NCBI GenBank assembly: GCA_963739565.1
Contig: CAVUBF010000008.1
Coordinates: 343,234-407,233 of the forward strand
DNA from: an uncultured delta proteobacterium
GTDB taxonomy: Bacteria; Myxococcota; Myxococcia; Myxococcales; Anaeromyxobacteraceae
Length of the DNA stretch: 64,000 nt
Direction of reading: 5' to 3'
Shown: piece by piece, positions 40,405-50,390 of the stretch
Layout: the number at the start of each line of letters is the position of its first letter
Position numbering within the stretch: position 1 is the stretch's first letter
Program-made: the position numbers and the translations under genes
Notes under the pieces: model-generated
What the model was told of the DNA's origin: nothing
The model's database searches: none
Seen by the model: the letters and a program-made list of their open reading frames with translations, nothing else

Positions 40405-42258
40405 ATGAACCGGACGTTGAGCACGCTCGCCCTGGCCGCGGTCCTCCTCGGATCAGGCCTGACCGGCTGTGGTGGCACGAGCACCTCGGACTCTCCCGCG
40501 AGCGCGCAGATCACCGCCGCCATGAGGTCGTCGGCGAGGGAGCTTGATCCGGAGGACAAGACGAACCTGGACGACGAGCACGAGCACGAGCGCGACGCCG
40601 CCGTCTCGAGGTTCGTGTCGTTCCTGGACGAGCTGCGGCAGGTGCCTGCGCTCGCGCCGCTCTTCAGCGCGTACGAAGTGTCGAACCCGATGGAGATGGA
40701 CGACGACGTCCGCGGTGCCGGGCTCATCCAGCTGCTCCGCGCGGTGAAGATCACGATGTCCTGGGGTACGGTCACCATCACGAACCGCGTGACGGGGGGC
40801 GTCATCTACACGGCGCCGCGCAGCGATCTCGACTCGGGCGTGTTCCACCCGGAGAACATGCCCGGGGCGGCGACGCCCCCTCCGGCGACCGCGTGCACGG
40901 CGTTCACCTACTCGGCGTGGGGCGCGTGCCAGTCGAACGGCTCGCAGGCGCGGACGGTGCTCACGTCCTCCCCCTCCGGCTGTACCGGCGGGTCGCCGGC
41001 GACGTCGCAGGCGTGCACCTACGTGCCGCCGACCCCGGCGACCTGCACGGCGTTCACCTACTCGGCGTGGGGCGCGTGTCAGTCGAACGGGACGCAGACC
41101 CGGGCCGTGGCGTCCTCGTCTCCGTCCGGTTGCATGGGCGGGTCGCCGGCGACGTCCCAGGCGTGCACGTACGTGCCGCCGGTGCTCGACGGCGCCGCGC
41201 TGTACGCGGCGAAGTGCGCGAGCTGCCATGGACCGCTCGCGACGAGCTCGAAGCGGGGCCGCACCGCCGCGCAGATCACCAGCGCCGGGATGACGATGGG
41301 GCTCACGGCGGCCGAGGTCCAGGCCGTCGCCAACGCCCTCGCCGTGCCCGCGCCCACCACCTGCAGCGCCTTCACCTACTCGGCGTGGGGCGCGTGCCAG
41401 TCGAACAACACGCAGGCGCGCACCGTGGCCACCTCGTCGCCGTCCGGCTGCACGGGCGGGACGCCGGTGACCTCGCAGGCGTGCACCTACGTGCCGCCGG
41501 TGACGACCTGCAGCGCCTTCACCTACTCGGCGTGGGGCGCGTGCCAGTCGAACAACACGCAGGCGCGCACCGTCGCGACCTCGTCGCCGTCCGGCTGCAC
41601 GGGCGGGACGCCGGTGACCTCGCAGGCGTGCACCTACGTGCCGCCGGTGACGACCTGCAGCGCCTTCACCTACTCGGCGTGGGGCGCGTGCCAGTCGAAC
41701 AACACGCAGGCGCGCACCGTCGCGACCTCGTCGCCGTCCGGCTGCACGGGTGGGACGCCGGTGACCTCGCAGGCGTGCACCTACGTGCCGCCGGTGACGA
41801 CCTGCAACGCCTTCACCTACTCGGCGTGGGGCGCGTGCCAGTCGAACAACACGCAGGCGCGGACGGTGGCGACCTCGTCGCCGTCCGGCTGCACGGGTGG
41901 GACGCCGGTGACGTCGCAGGCGTGCACCTACGTGCCGCCGGTGACGACCTGCAGCGCCTTCACCTACTCGGCGTGGGGCGCCTGCCAGTCGAACAACACG
42001 CAGACGCGCACGGTGCTCACCTCGTCGCCGTCCGGCTGCACGGGCGGGACGCGGGTGACGTCGCAGGCGTGCACCTACACGCCCCCGCTCGACGGCGCGG
42101 CGCTCTACGCCTCGAAGTGCGCGGGCTGCCACGGCTCGCTCGCGTCGAGCAACCTCAAGGGGAAGGGCATGTCGGTCACGAGCATCAAGAGCAGGAACAT
42201 GGCCCAGGGCCTGACGGACGCGCAGCTCCAGGCGGTCGTCACGGCCGTGGGCCCGTAG
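40405..42258 (+). CDS. Lipoprotein with 7 TSP1-like repeats and 2 monoheme cytochrome c domains
   Basis: SD plus MNRTLSTLALAAVLLGSGLTGC lipobox; repeats C-x-AFTYSAWGACQSN-x2-Q-x-RTV..GC..SQAC; heme motifs CASCH and CAGCH. Confidence 0.88.
   Translation: MNRTLSTLALAAVLLGSGLTGCGGTSTSDSPASAQITAAMRSSARELDPEDKTNLDDEHEHERDAAVSRFVSFLDELRQVPALAPLFSAYEVSNPMEMDDDVRGAGLIQLLRAVKITMSWGTVTITNRVTGGVIYTAPRSDLDSGVFHPENMPGAATPPPATACTAFTYSAWGACQSNGSQARTVLTSSPSGCTGGSPATSQACTYVPPTPATCTAFTYSAWGACQSNGTQTRAVASSSPSGCMGGSPATSQACTYVPPVLDGAALYAAKCASCHGPLATSSKRGRTAAQITSAGMTMGLTAAEVQAVANALAVPAPTTCSAFTYSAWGACQSNNTQARTVATSSPSGCTGGTPVTSQACTYVPPVTTCSAFTYSAWGACQSNNTQARTVATSSPSGCTGGTPVTSQACTYVPPVTTCSAFTYSAWGACQSNNTQARTVATSSPSGCTGGTPVTSQACTYVPPVTTCNAFTYSAWGACQSNNTQARTVATSSPSGCTGGTPVTSQACTYVPPVTTCSAFTYSAWGACQSNNTQTRTVLTSSPSGCTGGTRVTSQACTYTPPLDGAALYASKCAGCHGSLASSNLKGKGMSVTSIKSRNMAQGLTDAQLQAVVTAVGP
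40894..42087 (+). repeat. Intragenic tandem repeats, 147-150 bp (2 + 5 copies)
   Basis: Unit starts at 40894, 41044, 41362, 41509, 41656, 41803, 41950; units 3-6 are nearly identical in DNA. Confidence 0.95.
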
Positions 42259-42319
42259 CTCCTCCGCACCGACGGACCCGGGGCGTCCTGGCCTGCAGGC
42301 CAGGGCGCCCCGGCTTCAT

Positions 42320-42739
42320 TCAGGGAAGCCGTGGATCGCCGCGCCCCGGCTCGAACCCGTTGTGGCGCGGGAGGTCGTCGCGGAGCTCCCACCACTCCGC
42401 CTTCGACGCAGCGTGAATGTGCGCGATGGGCCGGGCGGCGATCCGGGTGTCGAGCGTCCCGATCCGGATCCGCACGTCGCTCCCCCCGTCGCGACGGCTG
42501 AAGATCGGCGACCCGCAGGTCCCGCAGAAGAACCGCTCCTTCCTTGCCGAGGACCGATAGGAGCGGAGCGCGCCCTCGCCCTGGACGACCCGGAACCGGT
42601 CCGCCGGCACCGGCGCGTTGGTCGCGAAGGCCGTCCCCTGCGCCTTCCGGCACATCGTGCAGTGGCAGCAGACGATGGGGCCGAGCTCCCCGTCGACCTC
42701 GTACCGCACCGCGCCGCACAGACAGCTGCCCTGGAGCAT
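42320..42739 (-). CDS. GFA/CENP-V family Zn-binding protein
   Basis: GSCLCGAVRY, CHCTMCRK, RFFCGTCGSP. Confidence 0.9.
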   Translation of the reverse strand: MLQGSCLCGAVRYEVDGELGPIVCCHCTMCRKAQGTAFATNAPVPADRFRVVQGEGALRSYRSSARKERFFCGTCGSPIFSRRDGGSDVRIRIGTLDTRIAARPIAHIHAASKAEWWELRDDLPRHNGFEPGRGDPRLP

Positions 42740-42799
42740 GCCCGGACGCATATCAGGCCGGCGGGCCGCCCGCACGGACCGGGGCGTCGCATGGGCCGG

Positions 42800-43564
42800 T
42801 CAGTGCGTCGGCGAGGGTTCCGCGGGAGGCCGGCGGCCCTGCACCGGCGGGCTCGAGCCCGATGAGCCAGGGGCGCCGTGCGGGGTCGTCCCGCCCTCTG
42901 CGCCGCCGCCGTGGGGACTCCCCGCCATCGCCTTGGGGGCGACCCGGTTCACGATCTCCGGCACCGCGGTCGCGAGCCGGCCCTGGAGCTGCTGCGCCAC
43001 GGACGCCTGCGCCTCGGGGAGCTTCTCGAGGACCTTCCGGCCGAGCGGGCTCCCGTAGAACTGGGCGGTTCGCTTCAGCTCGTCGGGCGTGAGCTCCGTC
43101 GAGAGCGCCTCGGCCTGCGCCTGGAGCGTCTGCTGGTAGGGCAGGGCCTTCTCGAGCTCGGTCCGCAGCTTGCCGCGGAGGTCGTCCGGGACCTGCTCGC
43201 CGGTGGAGAGCAGGGCCTGCGAGACCTGTTCGGCGAGGCTCGAGGCGTAGCTGTCGAGGACCTTGTCCCACTGTTCCTTCGAGAGGAGCGCGCGGGCGAG
43301 GTCGCGCGCCGCGGCGGGGGTCGGCTTCGCGGCGGCGCCCGGCTTCGACGTCGCGCCCGCCTTGGGCGCCGGCTCCGCCTTGGGCGCGGCCCCGGGGCCC
43401 GCATCCGCCTTCGGCGCGGGGGTGGCCGAATCGGGCGCGGGGGTGTCGGCCTTCGGCGCGGGGGTGGCCTCGCTCGGCGCGGCCGGCGCGCGCTCCTGCG
43501 CGAGCGGGTGGGACGGCGGCGCGGCGAGCGCGGCGGCGAGGGCGGCGAGGGCGGCGAGACGCAT
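42800..43564 (-). CDS. Secreted DUF2059-like protein
   Basis: Signal peptide, Pro/Ala/Lys linker, LTPDELKRTAQFYGSPLGRKVLEKLP. Confidence 0.7.
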   Translation of the reverse strand: MRLAALAALAAALAAPPSHPLAQERAPAAPSEATPAPKADTPAPDSATPAPKADAGPGAAPKAEPAPKAGATSKPGAAAKPTPAAARDLARALLSKEQWDKVLDSYASSLAEQVSQALLSTGEQVPDDLRGKLRTELEKALPYQQTLQAQAEALSTELTPDELKRTAQFYGSPLGRKVLEKLPEAQASVAQQLQGRLATAVPEIVNRVAPKAMAGSPHGGGAEGGTTPHGAPGSSGSSPPVQGRRPPAEPSPTH

Positions 43565-43731
43565 CGGTCCTTCTCCTGGCGAGAGCCCGGCTCCCGGGAC
43601 GATGGACACGGCGCCCGCGCCGGGCCGGTGTGCCCGCCCCGTCGGGGCTCCTCGGGCGAGGGACCCCGGGCGCGCCCTTCCGGGCCGTCTCCATTGCGCG
43701 GCCGCCCGGCCGGCATGAGGTTCGGGAGCGG

Positions 43732-44175
43732 GTGAGCGACCAGGTGCAGCCGGGCGCCAAGCCGCCGGAGCGCGACCGCGAGCGGGAGGCCGAGTCGCCT
43801 CGTCCGCGCATCGATCCCAACGCCCGGATCCTCGTGGTCGAGGACGAGCACGAGCTGCGCGAGCTCATCGCCCAGTGGCTCGAGACGAAGGGCTACGTCG
43901 TCACCCAGGCCGCCGACGGCCAGGACGCGGTGGAGCTCCTCGAGGCGGGGCTCGAGCCGGACGTCGTGCTCCTCGACCTCTCGCTGCCCCGGATGAGCGG
44001 CCGCGAGTTCCTGCAGTGGATGCGCGCGCAGCCCCAGCACGAGCACCGCCACGTGATCGTGGCGAGCGCCTACCTGGACGAGCTGCCGCCCATGGACGTC
44101 GACACGTCGTTCCAGAAGCCGTTCCGGCCCGACCGGCTCGCCGCCGAGCTCGAGCGGCTCACCTCCGTGGAGTGA
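43732..44175 (+). CDS. Single-domain response regulator
   Basis: ILVVEDE, PDVVLLDLSLPRMSG, SA, KPF. Confidence 0.9.
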   Translation: MSDQVQPGAKPPERDREREAESPRPRIDPNARILVVEDEHELRELIAQWLETKGYVVTQAADGQDAVELLEAGLEPDVVLLDLSLPRMSGREFLQWMRAQPQHEHRHVIVASAYLDELPPMDVDTSFQKPFRPDRLAAELERLTSVE

Positions 44176-44214
44176 CCGCGGCGCGGGCGCCGGCAGTCGC
44201 GGTAACATCCGCGC

Positions 44215-44667
44215 ATGCCCTTCGAGCCCACCGACCCCACCTGGGAGTCCCGCGTCCGTGCGAGCTTCTCCCGGCAGAAGATGATGGAGACCATCGGCGC
44301 GCAGCTCGACCGCGTCGCCCCGGGCGAGGTGGACATCCGGGTGCCGTTCCGCGAGGCCATCTCGCAGCACCACGGCTTCGTCCACGCCGGCGCCCTCACC
44401 ACCGCGGTCGACACCGCCTGCGGGTACGCGGCGCTGACGCTCATGCCGCCGGGGGCCGGCGTCCTCTCGATCGAGTTCAAGGTGAGCCTCATGTCGCCGG
44501 GCAAGGGGGAGGCGATCCTCGCCCGCGGGCGCGTCGTGAAGGCGGGCCGCAACGTCACCTTCTGCCAGGGCGAGGTCTTCGCCGTCGACGGCGGCAAGGA
44601 GAAGCTCGTCGCGACCATGTCGGCGACGATGATGACGGTGGTCGGGCGGCCGGACGTCGTGGACTAG
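44215..44667 (+). CDS. PaaI-family thioesterase
   Basis: QHHGFVHAGALTTAVDTACGYAA hotdog-fold motif. Confidence 0.9.
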   Translation: MPFEPTDPTWESRVRASFSRQKMMETIGAQLDRVAPGEVDIRVPFREAISQHHGFVHAGALTTAVDTACGYAALTLMPPGAGVLSIEFKVSLMSPGKGEAILARGRVVKAGRNVTFCQGEVFAVDGGKEKLVATMSATMMTVVGRPDVVD

Positions 44668-44775
44668 GCATCGACCAGGCGAGCGGGCGCCCCCTCCGGG
44701 CCCGGCGCGTGATTTTCCGAGAAGATTCGACTACAAAGGCGGACCCCCGGCCGCCTCGGCTGGCCCCCCACCCAC

Positions 44776-46409
44776 ATGAGCGCCCACGAGATCCGCCGCC
44801 GGCGAACCTTCGCCATCATCTCCCACCCCGACGCGGGGAAGACGACGCTCACCGAGAAGCTCCTCCTCTACGGCGGCGTCATCCAGCTCGCCGGCGCGGT
44901 GAAGGCGAAGCGCGGTCGCGCGAGCGCCGTGTCGCGACTGGATGGAGATGGAGCGCGAGCGCGGCATCTCCATCACGACGAGCGTCCTCCAGTTCCCGTA
45001 CCGCGGGCTCCAGATGAACCTGCTCGACACGCCGGGCCACGCCGACTTCAGCGAGGACACCTACCGGACGCTCCACGCGGTCGACGGCGCGGTGATGCTC
45101 CTCGACTGCGCGAAGGGCGTCGAGGCGCAGACCCGGAAGCTCTTCCGCGTCTGCCGGCAGCGCGCGATCCCGATCTTCACCTTCGTGAACAAGATGGACC
45201 GCCCCGGGCGCGATCCGTTCGAGCTCGTCGGCGAGGTGGAGAGCGTCCTCGGCATCGGCGTCTACCCGATCACCTGGCCCATCTTCCGCGGCGGCATCTT
45301 CCGCGGCGTCTAGCACCGGCTCGCGCAGCGCGTCTACCTCTTCGACGCGGACCACGCCGGCTCGTCCGCCGGCATCGGCGCCGAGCGGCCGCCCGTCGAG
45401 GTGACCGGCCTCGACGACCCCGCGCTCCGCGAGGCGCTCGACGACGCGGGGCTACGACCGGCTCCGCGACGACGCGGAGCTGCTCGACGCCGCCGGCGAC
45501 GGCTTCGACCGGGAGCGGTTCGAGGCGGGCGAGGTCTCGCCGATGTTCTTCGGCAGCGCGATCAACAACTTCGGCCTCGAGGCGTTCCTCGAGACCTTCT
45601 GCGAGCTCATGCCGCCGCCCCGGCGCCGCGCGTCGCGACCAGGGGCCGATCTCGCCCGACGCAGCGACGAGTTCAGCGGGTTCGTCTTCAAGATCCAGGC
45701 GAACATGGACAAGGCGCACCGCGACCGCGTCGCCTTCGTGCGCATCTGCTCGGGCAAGATGACCGCGGGATGAAGGTGCACCACGTCCGGACCGGGCGCG
45801 AGATCCGGCTCGCGAACCCGACCCAGTTCCTCGCCCAGGAGCGGAGCGTCGTCGAGGACGGCTTCGCCGGCGACGTCGTCGGCATCTACGACCCGGGCAT
45901 CTTCGAGATCGGCGACACGCTCACCGGCGGGTCGCGGTTCGCCTTCGAGGGGATCCCGAGCTTCGCGCCCGAGCACTTCGCGCGGCTCGTCGCTGGTCGA
46001 TCCCGCTGCGGCGCAAGCAGTTCGAGAAGGGCATCGAGCAGCTCGCGCAGGAGGGCACGGTCCAGCTCTACCGGCCGCCCGCCGGGCGCGCCGGCGAGCT
46101 CGTCCTCGGCGCCCTCGGGCAGCTCCAGTTCGAGGTGGTGAAGTACCGCCTCGAGGCCGAGTACGGCGTCGAAGGTGCGGCTCGAGGCGGTGCCGTACCA
46201 GCTCGCGCGCTGGGTGACCCGCGCCGACGGCGCGCCCCTCGACGTCGAGACGCTCCACGGGCGCCATCGAGGGGCTCGTGGTGCTCGACGTGCGCGACCG
46301 GATGGTGGTGCTCTTCGACCGCGAGTGGGCGCTCCGCACCGCGGAGAAGTTCCACCCCGAGCTCCAGTTCGCCGAGGCGGCGACGGGCGTCGTCGTGCGG
46401 GCGGCCTGA
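44776..46409 (+). CDS. prfC: Peptide chain release factor 3 (frameshifts plus in-frame TAG at 45311)
   Basis: [80 protein letters not shown]. Confidence 0.93.
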
Positions 46410-46415
46410 GCCGCG

Positions 46416-47057
46416 CTACTTCGCGGCCCCCGGCGGCTCCACCGCGTCGTCCCGCGAGGGCCCGGCGTCCTCCTTCGGCCCCGGCTCCTTCCCCCCCGCC
46501 TCCTTCGGATCGGCGGCCGTCGCCTCCTCCGGCTCGGCCGGGAGCGGGACCACGTCGTTCCAGCCGCTCTCGATCCGGGCCTTGATCCGCCACTCGCCCT
46601 CCCGCCGGACGACGACGGCCGCGCTCCGCTCCACCCTCGACTTGCCGCCCTTCGTCACGGTGGTGGAGAGGTTCACGGTCGCGAGGGAGTCGGACACGAG
46701 GAACACCTGGGCCTTGTGCGTGATCTTCGCGTTCTTGAGCGGGACGTCGTAGACGGGCGCGAGCGTCTCGAGCCACCTCTCCCGCGACCAGAGCTGCCCC
46801 GCCGCCTCCCCGCTCGCCCCGTCGGTCGCGACGAGGAGCGGGAAGTCGATGAGCGCGGCGGCCGCCTCGGCGTCGCCGGCCTCGCCCGCGTCGTCGAAGG
46901 AGAGGAACAGCTCCTGGATCTCCTTCTTGTCCTTCGCCTCGGCCTTCGGGTCGCGGGCGAGGCGGCCCGCGGGGCCGCGGGGAGGGACGTCCGCGGCGAC
47001 GGCGAGCGCGGGGAGGAGGGCGAGGACCGCGAGGACGGCGAGGAGGCGGCGGGGCAT
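46416..47057 (-). CDS. Secreted NTF2/SnoaL-like protein
   Basis: Signal peptide; [31 protein letters not shown] pattern. Confidence 0.55.
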   Translation of the reverse strand: MPRRLLAVLAVLALLPALAVAADVPPRGPAGRLARDPKAEAKDKKEIQELFLSFDDAGEAGDAEAAAALIDFPLLVATDGASGEAAGQLWSRERWLETLAPVYDVPLKNAKITHKAQVFLVSDSLATVNLSTTVTKGGKSRVERSAAVVVRREGEWRIKARIESGWNDVVPLPAEPEEATAADPKEAGGKEPGPKEDAGPSRDDAVEPPGAAK

Positions 47058-47076
47058 GGGGTTTCCTCGGTGGTCG

Positions 47077-47742
47077 TCAGCGGCAGGACGGAGGCTTCGT
47101 GGTGATCTCGACCCGCTCGAGGCGGGTCTGGCCGTTTCCGGCCTTCGCGATCTCGGCGACGCGCTCGCACCCGCAGACCCCCTGGCCGAGGTGGACGTAC
47201 CCGCAGACGCCGGTGCGGGACTCGGCGCACGGGCGGGGATTGAGGTGCGGCGTCGGGACCTCGGTGATGAAGAACTGCGAGCCGTTGGTGTTCGGCCCCA
47301 TGTTCGCCATCGCGAGCTGGCAGGGGAGGGCGAAGGGCGTCGTGCCGCCCTGGAGCTCGTCGTCGAACCGGAACCCGGGCCCGCCGGTCCCGAACCCGGC
47401 GTAGTTCTTCCCGACCGGCTCGCCGCGGGTGAGCGGGTCGCCGCCCTGGATCATGAAGCCCGGGATCACCCGGTGGAAGAGCGTGCCGTCGTAGAGCGGC
47501 GTCTTCACTTCCTGGCGCGTCTTCGGATCCTGCCAGGCCTTCTTCCCGGTCGCGAGCTCGACGAAGGTCTTCACGGCGTTGGGCGCCTCGCCGGGGAGGA
47601 GCTTCACGCCGATCTTGCCGCGCGAGGTGACGAAGACGGCGTACGAGTCGCCAGCGGCGGCGCCCGGCTTGGGCGGCGCGGCGCGGGCGGCGGGGGCGGT
47701 GAGGAGCGACAGGAGGGCGGCAGCGAGGAGGGTCCGGTCCAT
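47077..47742 (-). CDS. Periplasmic cyclophilin-type PPIase
   Basis: YDGTLFHRVIPGFMIQGGDP, LAMANMGPNTNGSQFFIT. Confidence 0.95.
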   Translation of the reverse strand: MDRTLLAAALLSLLTAPAARAAPPKPGAAAGDSYAVFVTSRGKIGVKLLPGEAPNAVKTFVELATGKKAWQDPKTRQEVKTPLYDGTLFHRVIPGFMIQGGDPLTRGEPVGKNYAGFGTGGPGFRFDDELQGGTTPFALPCQLAMANMGPNTNGSQFFITEVPTPHLNPRPCAESRTGVCGYVHLGQGVCGCERVAEIAKAGNGQTRLERVEITTKPPSCR

Positions 47743-47799
47743 GGCGCGCCATGCTAGCGCGAGGCGCCGGCGCGCGCACCGGCCGCGCGCGGGGCGCCG

Positions 47800-48294
47800 C
47801 TACCGGGCCGCGCCCCCCGGCGCGGAACCGGGACCCGGCGCGTCACCCCCGCGCACCTCTGCGGGGAGCCCGAACCGGAGGTTCGTGACGGCGATCCCGA
47901 CCTCTCGCAGCAGGCAGAGCAGGGCGCCCACGTAGGCGGCCATCGCGGCGATGAAGAGGACCGCCATGACCGGCCCGACCCGCGCGCCGGCGAGGTACCC
48001 GACGAACGCGACCGCGATGAGCAGGCAGACGAGGAGCGCGGCGCTCGTCCCGGAGGTGAGCGCCCAGTGGATGAGCCGGGCCCGCCCCTCCAGCGACCGG
48101 AGCTCCACGACCGACGCCTCGCGGAGCGCGCCGGCCTCGTCGCGGAGCCGCGCCTCGACCCGCCGCGCGCGGTCGACGATGCGGGCGAGCCGCGCCACGA
48201 GGACCGAGAGGGTCGTGCCGAGGGCGGTGAGGAGGAACACCGGCGCGACGGCGAGCTGGATCGTGTGGGTGATGTCCTGCAGGACGTGCTCCAT
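47800..48294 (-). CDS. DUF2721-like membrane protein
   Basis: IQLAVAPVFLLTALG..RLARIVDRAR..LLREV. Confidence 0.75.
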   Translation of the reverse strand: MEHVLQDITHTIQLAVAPVFLLTALGTTLSVLVARLARIVDRARRVEARLRDEAGALREASVVELRSLEGRARLIHWALTSGTSAALLVCLLIAVAFVGYLAGARVGPVMAVLFIAAMAAYVGALLCLLREVGIAVTNLRFGLPAEVRGGDAPGPGSAPGGAAR

Positions 48295-48359
48295 CCCGCG
48301 GAGCCTACCGGCGAGTGGCCGCCGGAGCCAGCATCGGGCCCAGCCCGGTGCGACCGGCG

Positions 48360-48941
48360 TCAGCGCACGTCCGCCGGCGCCCGCCAGGCCCGGACCAGCA
48401 GCGAGGCCGGCGCGCCGACCCAGAGCGCCCACCCGAGCGCCGCGATGGCGCCACCGATCCCCTCGCACCGTTCGCGCAGGCCGAGCATCCCGAGGAGGTT
48501 CCACCAGTCGTGCGCGTCCTCGTCGGCGGCGAGGAGCGGGAGGACACGGTCGCTCGCGTCGGCGGCGTACCGCCCGACGTCGACGAGGTTGAAGCCGAGC
48601 CAGACGATCGCGACCGCCACCGCGGTCGTCCGGCGGCGCCGGAGGAAGGCAATCGCGGCGGCGACCGGGAAGGCGAGCTGCCCGAGGGTGCCGCCGAGGT
48701 AGCCGAGGAACCGCGACCCGACGAGCCCGAAGATCGGGTGGCCCGCCTCGTGGAAGACGAGGTCGGCGCCGGCGACCACCGCGGCGAGCGGGCCACCGGA
48801 GAGGTGCGACCAGGCGAGGAGCACCGCGAGCGCAGCGCACCCTGCCGCTTCCCAGCGCGCCGGAGCGGGGAGGCGCGCGGCATCTCCGTCTCCGGAGGCG
48901 GCCCGAGGCGGGAAGGCGAGCGGGCGGCGGACGGGGTCCAC
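48360..48941 (-). CDS. Membrane protein with HExxH (peptidase M50B-like)
   Basis: DLVFHEAGH, GGTLGQL, YAADA, HDW; start uncertain. Confidence 0.65.
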   Translation of the reverse strand: MDPVRRPLAFPPRAASGDGDAARLPAPARWEAAGCAALAVLLAWSHLSGGPLAAVVAGADLVFHEAGHPIFGLVGSRFLGYLGGTLGQLAFPVAAAIAFLRRRRTTAVAVAIVWLGFNLVDVGRYAADASDRVLPLLAADEDAHDWWNLLGMLGLRERCEGIGGAIAALGWALWVGAPASLLVRAWRAPADVR

Positions 48942-48984
48942 GCCCCGAGGGTACCAGGGGGCGGGTGTATGATGCCCGGCCGCG

Positions 48985-49815
48985 ATGAAGCTCACCCTCG
49001 GCATCTCCCCCTGCCCGAACGACACGTTCATCTTCGACGCGCTGGCGAACGGCGCCGTCCCGACCGGCGACCTCCGGCTCGAGGTGGTCCTCGAGGACGT
49101 GCAGACGCTGAACGAGTGGGCGCTCCGGGGGAAGCTCGACGTCTCGAAGGTGAGCTACGGCGTGCTCCCGGCCATCGCGGGGGAGTACGCGGTGCTCTCC
49201 TCCGGCGGCGCCCTGGGCCGCGGGGTGGGGCCGCTCCTCGTGGCGCGCCCCGGGCTCGGCGCCTTCCGGCCCGACGCCATGTCGGTCGCGATCCCCGGGA
49301 GGAACACCACCGCCCACCTGCTCTTCTCGCTCGCGTACCCGGCGGCGACGCGCAAGCGGTTCGTCGTCTTCTCTGCGGTCGAGGACGCGGTGCTCCGCGG
49401 CGAGGTGGACGCGGGCGTCATCATCCACGAGGGACGGTTCACGTACGCGGCGAAGGGGCTGGCGCGCGTGCAGGACCTCGGCGAGTTCTGGGAACGGACC
49501 ACCGGCGCGCCCATCCCCCTCGGCGGGATCGTGGCCCGGCGGACGCTCCCGGTCGCGGTCCGGCGGCAGCTCGACCGGCTCGTCCACGCCAGCGTCGAGC
49601 ACGCCCTCGCGCGGCGCCCCGCCGTGAGCCCGTGGGTCCGCGCCCACGCGCAGGAGATGGACGAGGCCGTGATGCGCCAGCACATCGACCTCTACGTGAA
49701 CGAGTTCTCGCTGGACCTCGGAGACGCGGGCCGCCGCGCGGTCCGGACGCTCCTCGAGGTCCACGCCCGAACGAACCCGGGCGCGCCGTCGCCGACGGAC
49801 GTCTTCACGGAGTGA
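48985..49815 (+). CDS. mqnD: 1,4-dihydroxy-6-naphthoate synthase (futalosine pathway)
   Basis: SPCPNDTFIF, GALGRGVGP, IIHEGRFTY, PIPLG, HIDLYVNEFS. Confidence 0.93.
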   Translation: MKLTLGISPCPNDTFIFDALANGAVPTGDLRLEVVLEDVQTLNEWALRGKLDVSKVSYGVLPAIAGEYAVLSSGGALGRGVGPLLVARPGLGAFRPDAMSVAIPGRNTTAHLLFSLAYPAATRKRFVVFSAVEDAVLRGEVDAGVIIHEGRFTYAAKGLARVQDLGEFWERTTGAPIPLGGIVARRTLPVAVRRQLDRLVHASVEHALARRPAVSPWVRAHAQEMDEAVMRQHIDLYVNEFSLDLGDAGRRAVRTLLEVHARTNPGAPSPTDVFTE

Positions 49816-49817
49816 CG

Positions 49818-50390
49818 CTACCCCGGGACGCCGCGCGCGGCGGCCCAGAGCGAGACGGCGCCGAAGGCGAAGAAGAGCGCCGCGGCGGCGCGGCGGAGCC
49901 ACTGCATCGGCACGCGCCGGGCGAACCGGTCGCCGAGGAAGACCGCGAGCCCATCCGACGCGAGCATCCCGAGGGTGGTCCCGACGGTGACGGGCACGAC
50001 CGCCCGGAACTCCGCTGCGAGCGCCACCGTCGCGAGCTGGGTCTTGTCGCCCATCTCGGCGAGGAAGAAGAGGACCGCCGTGGTGAGGAAGGGGCCGAAC
50101 CGGTCGGTCCGGGCGTCCGCGTCGAGGGTGTCCGGCTTCAGGGTCCAGAGGCCGAACCCGACGAAGGTCGCGCCGAGCACGCCCGCCATCACCTGCGGCG
50201 GCACGTGGGCCGAGATCCAGCTGCCCGCGGTCGCGGCGAGGGCGTGGTTCAGCACGGTCGCGGCGAGGATCCCGCCCATGATCGGCCACGGTCGCCGGTA
50301 CCGCGTCGCGAGCGAGAAGGCGAGGAGCTGGGTCTTGTCGCCCATCTCCGAGAGGGCGACGAGGGCGAAGGAGGCGATGATCGATTGCAG
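49818..50390 (-). CDS. TMEM165/GDT1 (UPF0016) Mn/Ca transporter
   Basis: Two EMGDKTQ motifs; start inferred at CTG 50390. Confidence 0.9.
   Translation of the reverse strand: MQSIIASFALVALSEMGDKTQLLAFSLATRYRRPWPIMGGILAATVLNHALAATAGSWISAHVPPQVMAGVLGATFVGFGLWTLKPDTLDADARTDRFGPFLTTAVLFFLAEMGDKTQLATVALAAEFRAVVPVTVGTTLGMLASDGLAVFLGDRFARRVPMQWLRRAAAALFFAFGAVSLWAAARGVPG

Noticed and set aside
40894-42087. CRISPR array
   Set aside because: Units are 147-150 bp, in-frame and coding, with no unique spacers and no cas genes
43320-43480. CCTTCGGCGCGGGGGT-type repeats
   Set aside because: Encode the low-complexity TPAPKAD linker of the DUF2059-like protein
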